A stretch of DNA of 64,000 bases from Adineta vaga (GCA_021613535.1 CP075494.1:6572001-6636000); one strand, 5' to 3'. Counted from the stretch's first letter, positions 1-14,143 are shown. The notes: generated from the letters alone by a model not told the origin. Numbers and translations are program-made.

Positions 1-175
1 CAGAATGATTTCACTAATATTTCTTCTCTTTCCCACAAAGTTTAAATAATATCGAGATTAGAATTAAAGAAATGTAATATTTTCAGGTCTTTTGATTTCA
101 AATCTATCTCGTTATCAACAAGATAATTTTAATTGAACTATATTACAAATACAAAAAAACAAACACACGAAACAT

Positions 176-3100
176 TCAAAAGTAACATCGATTAATTGTA
201 GTTGCCATTGTTGTTTCATCTTCACTTTCGTCATCTTGATCTGTTATGATCTGTGAATTACTCTTTATTTTGGCTGATTGATGACTTCCATGAGAACTTT
301 GTGCATACATATTATCATATTCTGATTCCATATTTGATAATACACCTTCAGATAAATAATCAGGTCGCGATGAAGCTATATCACTTTGATCAGATGCAGG
401 TATTGATGATGAATCTGTTCGTTTCGGAAATTTTTTCTTTGGAACAATACTGTCATTTTGAAGAGGACGATTTCTATCATTAAGTGATTCATGTCGAACA
501 AGTTGACTCGTTTTTCGAAGTGTTTTATATCGTATATGATGATACGGACGTTTTTTTGATTTGCTATTCAGAATAGGAAACGTATTTTCATGAAGTGTAT
601 CAGATTCATTGTCTGTTGAATCATTTTCGGTAGTAGAATATTGTTGTGATTTCTTTGGAAGTAAAGGTGGTGTTTGTTTGACATGAGAACGAAATTGATT
701 TAATTGATCTTCAAGCCATCGTTGTAATAAATCTGGATGACAAAATGTCGGTGATCGTGTTGGTTTTGATTGTAGACTAAAATATAAAGAAATGAAATGA
801 ATTGTTTATGATGGAGGAGAAAATTTTACTTAGATAGATTATTATAACTTGACGAAAATCGTGTTCGTTGAAGAAGTCTTCCCTGATAAGCATTATTTTG
901 TGTCCATGGTTCATGATGAACTGATATTTCACTTTCGGATGTATCAGCAATTAATTTACGTGCTAAATTAAATGGTAAAGGACGAAAAGTGGGTAGTTTT
1001 TGTTGGTTAACAACAGTAGGAACAAGAGGTTTTGCATCGGTTGTAGTCATATTCACTGTAAATGATACATCAAATGTTTGAGATGGATAAATATCATCAT
1101 GTGGAGGTGAATTAGATGTTTGATTGAGTTCATTATTTGTTGGTAATGATGATGAAGGTGGATCATCCCAACCAGAAAATGAGGATGCTGTTTCTTCGTT
1201 TGTTGTTGATAAACTATGAGATGCATGAATCAGATCTTTCGATGATTGATCTTGAAGTAATTGATAGCAATGATCATCGAGAGAATTTTTTCGTTTAGTA
1301 GAAGTAGGACATTTTGATGATATTGAAATTGATCTACATGCATTTGTATCATCTAATGAAATGAATAAAAAAATACTCTGTTTCGCTTCGGAAAAAAACA
1401 CAATTTACCTGCCGGTTCATTGATAATTTTTTGTGTCAACATTAAACATCTATTCTCATTTACAATCGTTTCTCTTAATGGCCAACAATTATTATCACCT
1501 GAATAAATCAAATTGGAAAGTTTTCTAATTGAACTCATTTGATGTGAATTATTCATTATTGGATTCAATGCTTGTAATAATGTATCACGATAGGATGGTT
1601 GACTAGGAAGTAGATTAGACATTCGTAGATGTTTTCGTGAAGATTGTTTCAATAAACTTTGTTGATCATTAACAAGATCTGAAGATGTTGTTGTCGTAGT
1701 TGTTATTGAAAGGTTCTTATCACGTTGAGAAAATTGGGAATGGTGAGATTCATCTGTACTTGATGATTTTGGGATTGTATCATTATTCGGTTGATTAATA
1801 ACCACGGGAAGAGTATTTCGACCCTGAAATAGTATCATATAGAATCTTTTCGAAAAAAAAACGAACTCTTTTCTTACTTGAAAGACATTATCGCCAATGA
1901 GACGTCCAAGTAGAAAATAAATATTCGTATTATTATCAATATTCATTTGTGTATCAATAATTGAGCCAGCTGTTCGAAAGAGATACAAATCATGTAACAA
2001 TTGATAAACTGATGATGTAACTAAACAATGATTCAATTGAATTTTTGAGATTAATAATTTCATTAGAGAAAGATGTTCACTCCAGAAATCAAGTTTTGGA
2101 TATTGAATAAAATGAATGAGAATTTCATCAATTGAACCAATATGTAAACAAGCGGTGAGATTAATTTGATAAGTTTTGAAATATTCTTCAATTTGAAAGA
2201 GAAGTTCAACTAAATATTGTATAGATTTCGATGGATTTTGTAAATCAAGTGAAAAAATCATTTCATTAATTGTCGATTTTTTATGCATGACAATATTTTC
2301 ATATTTTTCATTACTTTTCATCAGATACTCAATATTATTAATACAGTTAATCAATGAATATTCGTCTTTCGACACAATTGGATGAAAACAAATATATAAT
2401 AAACCCATACGATCATATTTTTGATGATAATGTTGAGTTAATGAAGAATTCCAATTCGTATTTAAATAATAATTAATAACACGCATTGGTAAAATGGAAG
2501 AAATTTGTTTAATTAATTGATTTCGTTGTCGAATTATCATCAAACGTTCATTATCAATTTGTTTTAACCAAATAAAATCAATTTTTTCTACCCATTCATA
2601 AATATATGATAAAATAATCAAAAGAAGATTATGAAAAATAATCAATGACACTGATGTATAATGGTGTAAAGCGTTGATCGAAGGAAAATATGTATTTGTT
2701 GTCAACCAAACATATTCTAATATATAAAGTTGAAGAATTGAACAAGAAACGAGAAAGAATGTTTTGATTATCCATGAACATTGACGAAATAATGTACAGA
2801 AATAGAGAGGATAAAGAGGAGATAGAACAAGATAATCATGATATTGACGATCAAATGTTGATGTACTAGAAAGAAAGAGACAGAGAGAGAGAGAGAAATG
2901 TATTGAAAAATAGATCATAAAAGTTTATTTTAACCTGTTTAAGTGCATTGTCTCTGTATGATTGAAGTAATTTGTTTCATTGTTTGAGATGAATAGATAT
3001 TTAAAATTTTGTATTGAATGAAATTGAATTGCAACAAACATTAATGTTGCTAATGTCAAACATATTAAAATATTTAAATAGATATAAAATTTCTTATTCA

Positions 3101-5188
3101 TTTCCGATTTTTCCATTCGTATAATATAATAAAAAGACATGATTAAGAAAACTAATCCAATAATAATCATTGGAAATGAAATAAAGTATGCAAATATTAA
3201 ATGATTAAGAACAAATGATTGTAATAATGATCCAAAGAGAATTAATAAAACGAAAATATAAAGAAATGTCTTTGGACGAGTTGTACGATGAATACTTTGA
3301 AAATCTTGTGTGAAAAATTTTTCACGAAAATTTAAACTAAACCAATTCATATGTTCTGATGTTAATTCAACTAAACTTCGTTTACGAATTGATCGTGATA
3401 ATGTTACTGTTCCTAGATGTTTTTCAACATAATATTCAGCTTGAATACGTGTTAATTGATCAATCATATTCGATGTATTCATTAAAACTAAACCATGATG
3501 AAATGGTTCATACATATTTGTATTAAAAAGTAAATATGTTGAATTATTGGTTATGATAGAAAACTTATAAAAGGAATTTTCTTTGAGAATATCATAGATT
3601 TTTCGTGAAATATGGATTCGATCTTTAACAGGACATTCTTCACGTAACCATTGTGAATGATCATATGCTAAACCTTGAAGAAATCTTGAAGAAACAATTG
3701 TTACTTGATTATAATCAATTCCAATTACGATCGTTAAATTCCATTGTGTTATATGATTAACATGTTGAATAAAACGAAATAATTCGATAGCTAAACGACA
3801 ACTATTATCAATATTAACTTGTTCATTATTATTCTCATTTAATAAACTAATTATTAATGTTTCATTATCAAAGATATAACTTGCTTCCGGTTGAATTTGA
3901 ATGATTAATTGTTCGATTTGACAAAAGAGTACATCGATTAATGATGCTAATTCATCACATGTATGAATTCGTGTTTGTTCATTCAATGAAATCGAACAAT
4001 TTATTATCGTACCATATTTTGATAAGGAACTAAACGAAAAGAATTCTTTCGATCATTACAATCAAACAAAGCATTCCTTGAGTGACATCAGATGCCTAGA
4101 AAATTGTTTATTTACATTCTTTTAGAACTTATCACTTAATGGCAAATCTACTTGGAAATACGAGCTGTCGATAATAGCATCAATGTTATTTTACAACGAA
4201 ATACAGATCATTGACGATAGTTAGACCTTCTCTTTTTTTTTCGATCGAATACGATTGTCTATCGAAGATAATAAATTCAATCCTAATTAGCTCCATGTTA
4301 AATGAAAAGGTTAGTCTCCTCCTGTGAGATCTAACTATGACATAATAGATATGAAAAGAAAAATATGACATCATCCGATAACTCATAACAAATCTCTTAA
4401 TTTACATTCGAGTATTTTTCTTCGCTGTTTAAAGATAAGATAATCAAATTGATTGATACATACTTTGTTGTTAATGTCGTTGGTGATTGTTGACAATAAC
4501 CAATAATCGTATGTAGTTTCTTACAATCAACATTCGATTTATTTTTTTCAAAAAGATTTGTTTTATATGCATAGAAATGTTGACGAATATGGTTTATTGA
4601 ACTAATATAAGAATATAGACCGGTTAAATTGACCATACAATGATAAAAGATAATTGAAAAGAATTCGGATGTTTTCCAATGAATTGATGAATTTGTTTGA
4701 TTAAATAGAAGAATTATATGAAGTATTGAAATACTCAAACAAATGAATAGAGATTGAAGTAAAGTAAAAGTTAAAAAGGAATAGATCAAAAGAATCGATA
4801 TTGTAGATAGTAGGATATGAAATTGTTCTGTTTGAGATGTTAGAATTAAGGGTATAATAGCAAGAAAAATAATGAGAAGACGTGTTAAAATCCAAAGTTT
4901 TCTTCTTTTCGAATGTAAACGTACGAATAATAATAAAATGATCGTAAGAAAAATCAATACGCAATAAATTTGTGTCCGAATATCAAATATTTGTTTTGAT
5001 AGTAATAAACGACAAAGAAATAGTGTAAAAAAATTCATTAAGAATAATAATGGAAGAAAGATTTTTAGACATATTTTACTTAGTTTTGTAAGAAATTTTT
5101 TATAATAGAAATTTAAATCATCACAATCATTCATATGATGTAAATGAAAAGATTTTCTCCATAGATATTGAAGATTTTTTGTTGCCAT
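176..5188 (-). CDS. Multi-exon transmembrane adenylyl-cyclase-like protein (M1-C1-M2-C2-tail), catalytically degenerate
   Basis: ORFs 4397-5281 (multi-TM block), 2925-3986 (C1-like 'ELASLIDVLF...LTIVIGIDY...RIHISRKIYDIL' plus TMs), 1353-2918 (TMs, 'ILPMRVINYYL', C2-like 'LTACLHIGS...PKLDFWS...CLVTSSVYQLL'), then S/T-rich tail exons ending TINRCYF* at 176. ATG 5188 follows an acceptor. Exons between 4030 and 4460 are unresolved. Confidence 0.7.
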
Positions 5189-7551
5189 TCTAGAAGAAAA
5201 AAAATACAAATGAAACAAACTTGTTGGAATATATACATTCGTTGACAAAATGATATATCTCAGTTGTTTTTCAAAGAACATACGTCTATTATGCTATTTT
5301 CAGTTGAATAAATGATCGCGTCTGTCGCGTCTATCTTTCTCTCTAGATGTATATATGTATTAATGATGAATTATGTGTACGGTATGTTGAGTGTTCGATG
5401 GTAGACGAAGTGGAAGAAAATTTTTTTTTCTTCTTTCTCGCTCTCGTCTTCGTCTCATCTACTAGTAACTGTACTGCTGCTGGTGCGATGTCTTTCTTCC
5501 TTTCCCTTTTCTTTCTCTGCTATACTTGTTCAAAAGTGTTTGAATTGTATTCGTTCTACTCGTGCTGACCTCTGGTCATATGTATTAAATGCTCGTAAAC
5601 TTACCTTCTTCTTTTTTACTTGTTGATGACGATATAGATTTAACACATCGTAGGAAAGAGAGAAGAAGAAAAAAAACTATACAGGCGACAAAGAGCGAAA
5701 AAAAATAAACGACAAGAGAGCGAGAGCTTGTCTGGCATCGATGAGATGTATGATGTAACGAGATAAATAAAGAGAAGAACTTGAATGGTTTGTATGTCTA
5801 CGTATTCGAAGTGCTACATATACACACTTCCTTTGCAAGTAATGTGAATGCAAACAATTTTACTATATGTAAGGCATAAAGTTTGGATTTTGACTTTGTG
5901 TGTATATAAATGTTTAGAAGAAAAAACGGATCCGAGTATGAATAGAAACATTGATTTCTTAGTTTCGTAGATTTATTAAGATATTATATAGACATACAGA
6001 CAGTCATTTACTAGAAGAATAAACGCGAAACATACATAAAACTCCTAATGAACCTTAGAATGTGTCATATCATTTTTTATATACATCAATTTAGTTCCGA
6101 CTCATCAAGGTTATCACCTCTTGAGATCTCTGAAGACGTGCAAATGCTGCCGTTTTTTTTTACTAATTCTGATTACTCAATGTCAGACAATTTCTTTTCT
6201 AAGTTATACGATGATGTAATCATAATCGAGAACAAAGAAAAGAACAAGAATGAGTGAGTGAGGAAAGAAACTTGACACATTATATGTTTACAGATGTATT
6301 GAATATTTCGAACATCGAGGACAGATCATCCGATCAGTCATTGTTCGACATCATCATCATCATCATCATCTGTATGTATCAACGCATGTTCTAACGATCG
6401 TCTATCTTATTCTTAAGAGAATTCGATGAATCTAAATGAATAAGCGACCTTTGTCAAAGTGTTTTGATGAATAAATGTGTTTGTACATACATATCTTTTT
6501 CTTTTTGTATCCGACAGGCATATATACAAGGACTATGATTGTATTTTAATCAGTTTCATTATAAAATCAATACTCTTACCTTCTTTTCTATTTCTTTTTT
6601 TTCTTTTGGAAGACTAGAACGAAAAGGAAAGGGAGCGAAAACGAATGTGGATTGATTCTTTTTCTTTTTTTGGTTAGTTACAACAAAGATTAACAAATCT
6701 CGACATGCATAATATCAATTAATAAAAGTCTACGCCTTTTCTTTCTTTTTTTTTCTTCATCATGGTGAACACGCCAAAGACTAATTGTATCAATACGTTG
6801 TATACATCCAAATGAATGAATGAATGACAAACGAGTCTGATAGTTCATTACTGTTCTGTACGGAAGGACAAAGTGCTGCTTGCAATCATCATATTGTATA
6901 CGCGTGATTTCCTCTAAAGAGGAAGAGACGTGTATGTCTTTCCCCTTCTCTCGTTAGAAGCGAGAGACAGAAAGAAAGAACGACAGCAAACCTGTTTCAT
7001 ATATATTGATATAGAAGAATCTTTCATTTAATATAATTACATTTATGATTATATAACTAAATAACAATGAAAGACTAATAATCATCAAATGATAATAACA
7101 ATACGTCATACTCAAGGGAATCAATTTGATTGTTACATTAAACTTTCATTTGTCTTGATGTATTTATTTGATATCATGTGAACATGTCAGACGAACTGTT
7201 TGTACTCAGCAGAACTTTACAAATAATCATCATTCTGTTACGTCGTTACTTTCCGATATTATCACGAGATATCTGATGGCATGCTGATTACAGGCAACAA
7301 ACCATTGTTAATCCACTTGTTTGACTTTTTTTTTCTTCTCATCATACAGAGATGAAAGCTCACCATAGTTGGTCAGTAATTCTCCAACATATATGCAAAT
7401 GAAGCCGATGGCATATGAACTTGAAATGATCGCCATTGGGTGGTCACTTCTCTTTTTTTTCTCCTTTTCCTCTTTACGTCTATTGCTTGTTGAATACAAT
7501 GACTAAGAAAATAGTCGGTCAACTTGTCTACTAGTGTCATTGATAATCATC

Positions 7552-8588
7552 ATGTGTTTTTATTTGTTCATACTATTTATCTTTAATCTCAATTTGAAAT
7601 CGATCAATACAATTGAGAATGCAATGCATTGTAAGATATTTTAATTCTTTCTCGTTCTTTTCATGAATCTACTTTTTGGGGTTTAGTTTATATGGATAAT
7701 CAAACATTATGTAGTCAAAATATACTTGATTTAAGCGATGTATCAACATGGAAAATCTATTCTCATATTCATTATCATGTAAAACGGAAATAATTATGAG
7801 TTTTTTTTAAATTTATTGTTTTGTTTTATTCATATAGAACAAATATATGTATTTTTCGGACACGCATTGTTCGCTAACAATTCGAACAAATAAACGTATA
7901 TGGATGTCAATAGATTATTTTCAATCGAATTCTAGTTCAACTTTTCCACGATGTACAGAAGCCAAATATGCTGGAATTGATGATCGATTACAAATCATTG
8001 ATGTATATATATATATATATATTTTTTTTTTCAAATCGATTATTCAAGAAGAAAATCATTTTTTATTTAATTCTAGGGCTTTCAAACTGGTTCAATTTTA
8101 CGTATTATTTGTGGAAAAGATACAGATCAACGTTTTGATCGAACACCATTAATTCTTAAAAGTTCGATATTTACAATTGATTGGCAAACAAAGAGTCAAT
8201 CATACGGTTTTGAATTAAGATTTGTTACTTATGATCTATCAACCGATGGTAAATGTCTGAATTCAAGTCAATTCTATTGTCAAAATCGACGATGTATTGA
8301 CTCATCATTAATATGTTTTGATGATGATTATTGTGGTGATAATAGTCATTTAAATAGTGTTGAAAGAATGAAACAATGTCCTCAAAGTAAGATTTAATGA
8401 AATGTTATTGTCAATTTCAACTTAATGATAAATTTCTTCTAGGAATTCCAAAACAAAAACTAATGAATTGGTCATGGATGATAATTTTCATAGTTGTTAG
8501 TTGTTGTTTCTTCGTGTTAGTTGTAATATCGATTGGAAAAATGTGTCAAAAACGCCGAAAAAATAAAGACTGTCGCGTAGGATTGTGA
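7552..8588 (+). CDS. Signal peptide - CUB-like - LDLa - single-TM receptor (NETO/LDLRAD-like architecture)
   Basis: Exon 1 MCFYLFILFIFNLN signal peptide; CUB-like 'CSLTIRT..RIWMSIDYF..C..DDRLQIID/..ICG..GFELRF'; LDLa 'CLNSSQFYCQNRRCIDSSLICFDDDYCGDNS'; last exon TM 'WMIIFIVVSCCFFVLVVISI' plus basic KRRK. Confidence 0.65.
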
Positions 8589-9355
8589 TGACCATGAATA
8601 TGTCAAGTTTTTAATAGTATAAGTCAAGTTCAATGCCTTAAACAAAGAATGTCTTTGGAGAGAGAAGAAAAAACGATTGCGTAAAACACTATTCAATGTA
8701 TCGATAAGTGGAGAGTGTTCAAAAGTAAAAGACTTAATCTGAATTCAATTTATTTCTATTCAACTCTATTTAATCGAATTGAAGTGAAGAGAATTTTTTC
8801 TTCCAGAAGTTAAACACCACTTATCTTTATGTTAAATCAAATTCTTTTGAAGAATTTTATATAATGAATATCATGATATGTATATTTCACGTCGAGTTTT
8901 TAATTTGAACTTTCACTGTCAACTTTTGTTTGACGTCATATTCTAGGATTTTTAGGATATACAGTTGAAAAATCATAGTCTTTTCTTTCTAATATGTCCG
9001 ACAATCTAAACCATCGTTTTTCTATTGACATATTGTGCTTTGTAACCAAGAAAATAAGAATGAAGACTTGAAATATTTGGCTAATATTTGTTCTTGTTTC
9101 CGAAATGCCCGGAAGAAAATAAAATAATTTTTTTTTTAAATTTATTTTGATAAAAAGAAAGAAGATGTGATTTTTAAATGAAAGCATTCGCCAACTCGTC
9201 TATCCTGATATTATTGTTGTCAAAAAAGAAAAGAGAAAAATGGAAAGTATATATTGATTCAACTAACTTTGTCTTTGTATTCATTTTGAACGAGAAACTT
9301 TCTCAAATACAATTGGAGATCTCTTTTCATACGAGCATTTATCTTCAACAATCAA

Positions 9356-9640
9356 ATGGAACAATTCTCAAATATTCTTCTCATTTCATTGGGAATTCTG
9401 TGCCTGGTCTGCGGTGTGATTACTTCAGCCTCTAGTACCGAAATGGACACGTCCGAAATGACATCAGATTTGTATGGAAATCAAAGTGGTATCTCGACAA
9501 CAGCAGCGATAACGACGACCACTGCGAATAGTTCTTCAAGTGCAACAATAAATCGATTCCAACAGCAATTACTTATCATACCTTTTACTATTCTCGGAGT
9601 TTTTATGTTATCTCTCAATCGTCTTTTTCATTTAATCTAA
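9356..9640 (+). CDS. 94-aa S/T-rich cell-surface microprotein, probably GPI-anchored
   Basis: N-terminal hydrophobic signal, S/T-rich core with N-glycosylation sequons NQS and NSS, C-terminal hydrophobic tail with no cytoplasmic domain; AATAAA downstream near 9772. Confidence 0.6.
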   Translation: MEQFSNILLISLGILCLVCGVITSASSTEMDTSEMTSDLYGNQSGISTTAAITTTTANSSSSATINRFQQQLLIIPFTILGVFMLSLNRLFHLI

Positions 9641-9944
9641 ACAGTAACATATTTAAACAATTCTCTGCATATTCGATTTCATTAGTTGTTGTGATGTTCG
9701 GTTATAGTCATGCGTGATACGTTCTCTTTGCTTTGTCGACTTCATTGTTGCTTTGTATTTATTTCAAAATAAATAAATTTTCAATTTGATAAAACTCTTG
9801 TATTCAATATACAAGGAAAAAAAAGAAATACTAACACTAGGCAAGACAATGTGGTACACAAAAATAAACATGTCTTTTTACAAAATATAGAGAGAGAATA
9901 TATGGGCATTTATTATATTTTAGTAACATAAACATTCGATTTTC

Positions 9945-12369
9945 TCATACCGTTTCATCTACGGATGTGGAATAGAGTAATCTTTCTCCATCATCAATCC
10001 TTTTTAGTAGATAATCATCGTTTTCGTATGAATAATAATCAAGATCAGTATCAGGTTGAATCGTTGTAGAATATGAATCAGTACCCTCTAAATGTAGATA
10101 GTAGGTAACGGTTTTATTTTATTTATCCGTGTGTTTTACTTGTGTTCAAATGTTGGACGAGTGTCGATAGAGCAGAAGTTAAAGAATCAGCTGCAAGGAG
10201 TAGATCAGTTCGTACTAAAATTCAAAGAAGAATAAATCATCAAACGATGATAAATAGTTATATTTTTCTTTTACAATGATTCATAAATTGATGATGAATA
10301 GGTGTTGATGGCGTGGAATAACTTCGATATGTAACTTTTTTGGAATTCAAATGTGAAGGTGAAATACATGAATGATTATGAGGACTAGATGTAGTAGAAC
10401 GTTGTCGTGAATGTGGTGAAGAATGTAGAATTCTGCCGAGATTATCTAATTGTGTTGATAATTCTTCTTGACTTTGTCTTAAATGATCAATACGAGATTC
10501 TAATTGATATTTATGTGTTAATAAAGCATCTAATTCAACTTCAAAATAACGATTTCTTCGTTTTGTTGTTTCAACAGAACCTGCACGTCTCATTGAATGA
10601 TAATAATCATCTGAATTTTTATGTGGTAATGTTCGAGAATATTGTTGTTCTATTGTAGAAAAACCACTTCCATCATGATGATCAGTTTGAACATAATCCA
10701 AAGATCGATATTTTAGTTGTGCACGTAATGTTTTGATTTCATGAAGAATACGTCTAAAATACGAGCAAAGAATAAGTATAGAAAACGTTTTCGAGATATC
10801 GGATTGTTTTCCCTTTACCTATTTTCTGCTTCTAATTTTGAGATCAAAAGTTTTTTCTCTGCACTTCGATGATCCGTATATTTCTGTTGAGTATGATTTT
10901 CATCGGGAAAGAATTTTCTTTCTAATGAATTAAACTTTGAATTATTTGCAATTGACATAAGATCTTTGCTATATGATGATATATCATTATGTTCAGTTGA
11001 CTCCTGTTCCTTATCGATTTTTAGTGAACTAGAACATTGATGATGCCTTTCATTCTTTGGCATACATTTAAATGATCTAAATAACATAGATTTTCGATCA
11101 AAATCAAGAATATTCTTTATATTTTAACTTACTTTCGAATCGATTGACGAAAATCTTTATTCGGCGATATAAAATATGTATATTCTTTCATTTCATGTGT
11201 AGATAAATGTTGTTCGGATGTTCGTCCACGCCAGAAACAATCTTGACATAATTGATAATTTCGATGATGACATTCTTGACATTTATAACGAAAACCTGAG
11301 AAAGATGGTCGTTGGCAAACAGAACATTTCACTCGATGAATAACTAAAAGAAATGGCATAATGTTTTATAAGTTTTTCTTATTTTCTGCTCAGATCGCTT
11401 TGTTTCGACAGAAATGAATTCAGGTCAAAATGTAGTAATAAAATCAATCATCATGGCAGAAATTTTCAAAGAAAAACTTACCATTTTCGACACTTATTAA
11501 ACGATGAAATATAATGAGCCATTGTAAACAACTCGGCGTTTTATTTTGATAGATTAACATTTGAAGACATTCATCAAGAGTAATTGAAGATGCTGAATGT
11601 GAAAAGATCGATTGTGCATAATTCGTATAATAAGTGGAATGTGAAATTTCTTGTAATGCATATGGTAATGCCAACATTTCATGTAGAAGTGCATCTATCT
11701 GTTCGTAAGTTAAATTATTTGATGATGACGTAGAAAAACAAGATGTGAATAAATGACGTAATTTATCGACTAATTTACCAGCACATAAAAGAATCAGTAC
11801 GACACGAAAGGAATTAAAATTAAGGAAAAACTCGTCAGGATTATAAACATAAAGAAACCAGGCTATAGCAGAATGAACACAATTGTCAATATGATGAATT
11901 TGTTGAGATAATGGTAAACGTTTATTCAAATTTGTATAAATTGATGTAAGAAAGAGGGTTAAATGTTTAATCGAAAGATATTTGTCACTATTTGGTAAGA
12001 AAGACTGAGTCGATGTAGGAGTTCGACATTTCATTGTTGGAGTTGCGTTCATAGAATATGAATCTAATGATAAAGTTTTAAGGGATTCTCGAAGAGATTC
12101 CATGACATTTAATAGATCAAGCAGATGAACTAGAATAATACGATAATTGAATGTGTTTTCTAGTCGTTGAAGTAAACTTACAATTTAATTTCTTTTGAAT
12201 AAAACGTAATTTACATGCTGTTCGATAAGTCGAAAATCTAATAAGATCAAAATTTTGAGCACCTATTTAAATATATGTAATATCTAATTGATTATTCACT
12301 AAAAAATTTATTAAACATACGCAGTTCCATTTGTAACTGTTGCAATTCATTACTAAAACGTGCATCCAT
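9945..12369 (-). CDS. DTN: Dystrobrevin
   Basis: Spliced N-terminus '[24 protein letters not shown]', EF-hand region, ZZ finger '[34 protein letters not shown]', '[10 protein letters not shown]' coiled coil, '[17 protein letters not shown]' motif. Confidence 0.9.
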
Positions 12370-13246
12370 TGTTACGTCCAACACAATGGACGGACGAATG
12401 CCGAGAGGATTTTTTTTCCAAACGGAAATTGAACGGATGGATCTATCTGAAATAAAACGATTTTATGGATTGGTTACATTGAATTGTTGATAGAATCAGG
12501 GAGGAATGAAGATGGCGCACGTTGTAGTTTATCAAATAAAAGAAATTAACGATTTTTCTTTTTCTCACATCGTGATAGTTTGTTCAGCCGTATTCTCTAT
12601 CCACCTTCTTCACCAATCTTCACTCAATGATTATAAAACCACCTACGGACTGTCATAATGATAAATTTTTTAATACAATAGAGAATAATCGATATGAAGA
12701 ATTTTCAAGCTATTTTTAGATTAATATTATAAAAAGCAGAATCTACACTATATACGAATCCAATCTTAAGCATAGAATCATGTAAAAGTTTTCTTCATCG
12801 AAACAAGGTTGAATAATCTTTCTTTGCTTCATACGATGTCTGTTAGGCGTTATTAGTGATGTTCAACAGAACAGGAAGATAAGAAATTGATGTGAATCAA
12901 TGCCACTAGTGAATTACATATAGATTAATCGACTAGATGAATAGAGTACAACGATTAGAAGATTAAAATCAAACATATGCGTGTTGATGAATATTTTAGA
13001 TCTATCTAAAATCATTGCGTGTAATAATGTGATCAATAGTCAGTAGAGAAGAGTGCTCTACTTTTCTTTAATAATACAAATTTTGTTATTATTTACAAAT
13101 TTTTGGTGATATCATGTGTAAGTTTATTATCTGTGTCATTTTATTCTATTAATATTACGTTTTTTTCTTCACATGTAAAAAACGCGATAAAACAAAGACT
13201 AAATACGAACAGCTATCATTCTTCATTTTTCTTTTTCGTTTAAAAA

Positions 13247-14143
13247 ATGATTAACAGAAATAGAAGATTTTGTTTAATATTTTCCCTATTTTGTATCGTA
13301 TTCTTTCTTTTTCTCTCCAGTCATATGCATTCCAAGCCAGTCAATCAAATAAATATTCATAATTGTGATTTATCGTGGTATGAAAGTGATGAATTTTTCT
13401 GTGAAAATGCGCATGATTGGCAACGAAGAAAAGATTTATTTCATCTTCAACATAATCGAAATCAATTTCGTGGTCCACCCGATATGTTTTTTCAAGATAA
13501 TTATGAACCAACATTTTCATGTCGATTTGAACAACGTCTTGGTTGTAATGGCGATGGAGGAAAATGGATATGTGATGTTTATCGTTTACAAAACAAGAAA
13601 TCATGTTTGATTTATAGTCTTGGTTCCAATGGTGAATTTAGTTTTGAAAACGAAACAAAACGTTTCTTACCGAATTGTGATATTCATACATTTGATAAAA
13701 CAGTATTCAATTGTACAAATATGTGTATATTTCATCAAACTCTCATCGGTGATGGAATTAATGGTACAAAATCATTACGAATGCTTATGTCTGAATTGAA
13801 ACATACGGGACGATATCTTGATATTCTTAAAGTTGATGTAGAAGGAAGTGAATATGAATTCTTTGATAATTTATTTAATACAACCAATAATTTAAGTGAA
13901 AATATACGTCAGATATTGGTGGAAATTCATTTATCAGGATTAATTAAAAACGTTAATAATGAAACAATTTATGATTATAAACGTGTTCATGATTTATTTC
14001 AATTATTTCATGAAAAAAATTACGTCATTTTTCATAAAGAAGTCAATTTATATAATCCAAATATGGCATTTGAATTTAGTTTGATTAAATTAAATAAACA
14101 ATTTTTTCATATAAAAAATCAGTCGAATTCAATGAAACATTGA
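13247..14143 (+). CDS. METTL24-like (Methyltransf_22) SAM-dependent methyltransferase with type II membrane anchor, intronless
   Basis: Motifs 'RLGCNGDGGKWIC', 'IYSLGSNGEFSFE', 'ILKVDVEGSEY', 'QILVEIH'; N-terminal TM. Confidence 0.85.
   Translation: MINRNRRFCLIFSLFCIVFFLFLSSHMHSKPVNQINIHNCDLSWYESDEFFCENAHDWQRRKDLFHLQHNRNQFRGPPDMFFQDNYEPTFSCRFEQRLGCNGDGGKWICDVYRLQNKKSCLIYSLGSNGEFSFENETKRFLPNCDIHTFDKTVFNCTNMCIFHQTLIGDGINGTKSLRMLMSELKHTGRYLDILKVDVEGSEYEFFDNLFNTTNNLSENIRQILVEIHLSGLIKNVNNETIYDYKRVHDLFQLFHEKNYVIFHKEVNLYNPNMAFEFSLIKLNKQFFHIKNQSNSMKH

Noticed and set aside
4030-4340. Chain of micro-exons in the cyclase-like gene that would need non-canonical GA donors
   Set aside because: A frame can be forced but one acceptor lacks a pyrimidine tract; unsupported without transcripts.
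5300-7500. Short ORFs and GA/CT/CAT-rich tracts
   Set aside because: Low-complexity regulatory or intronic sequence with no protein motif.
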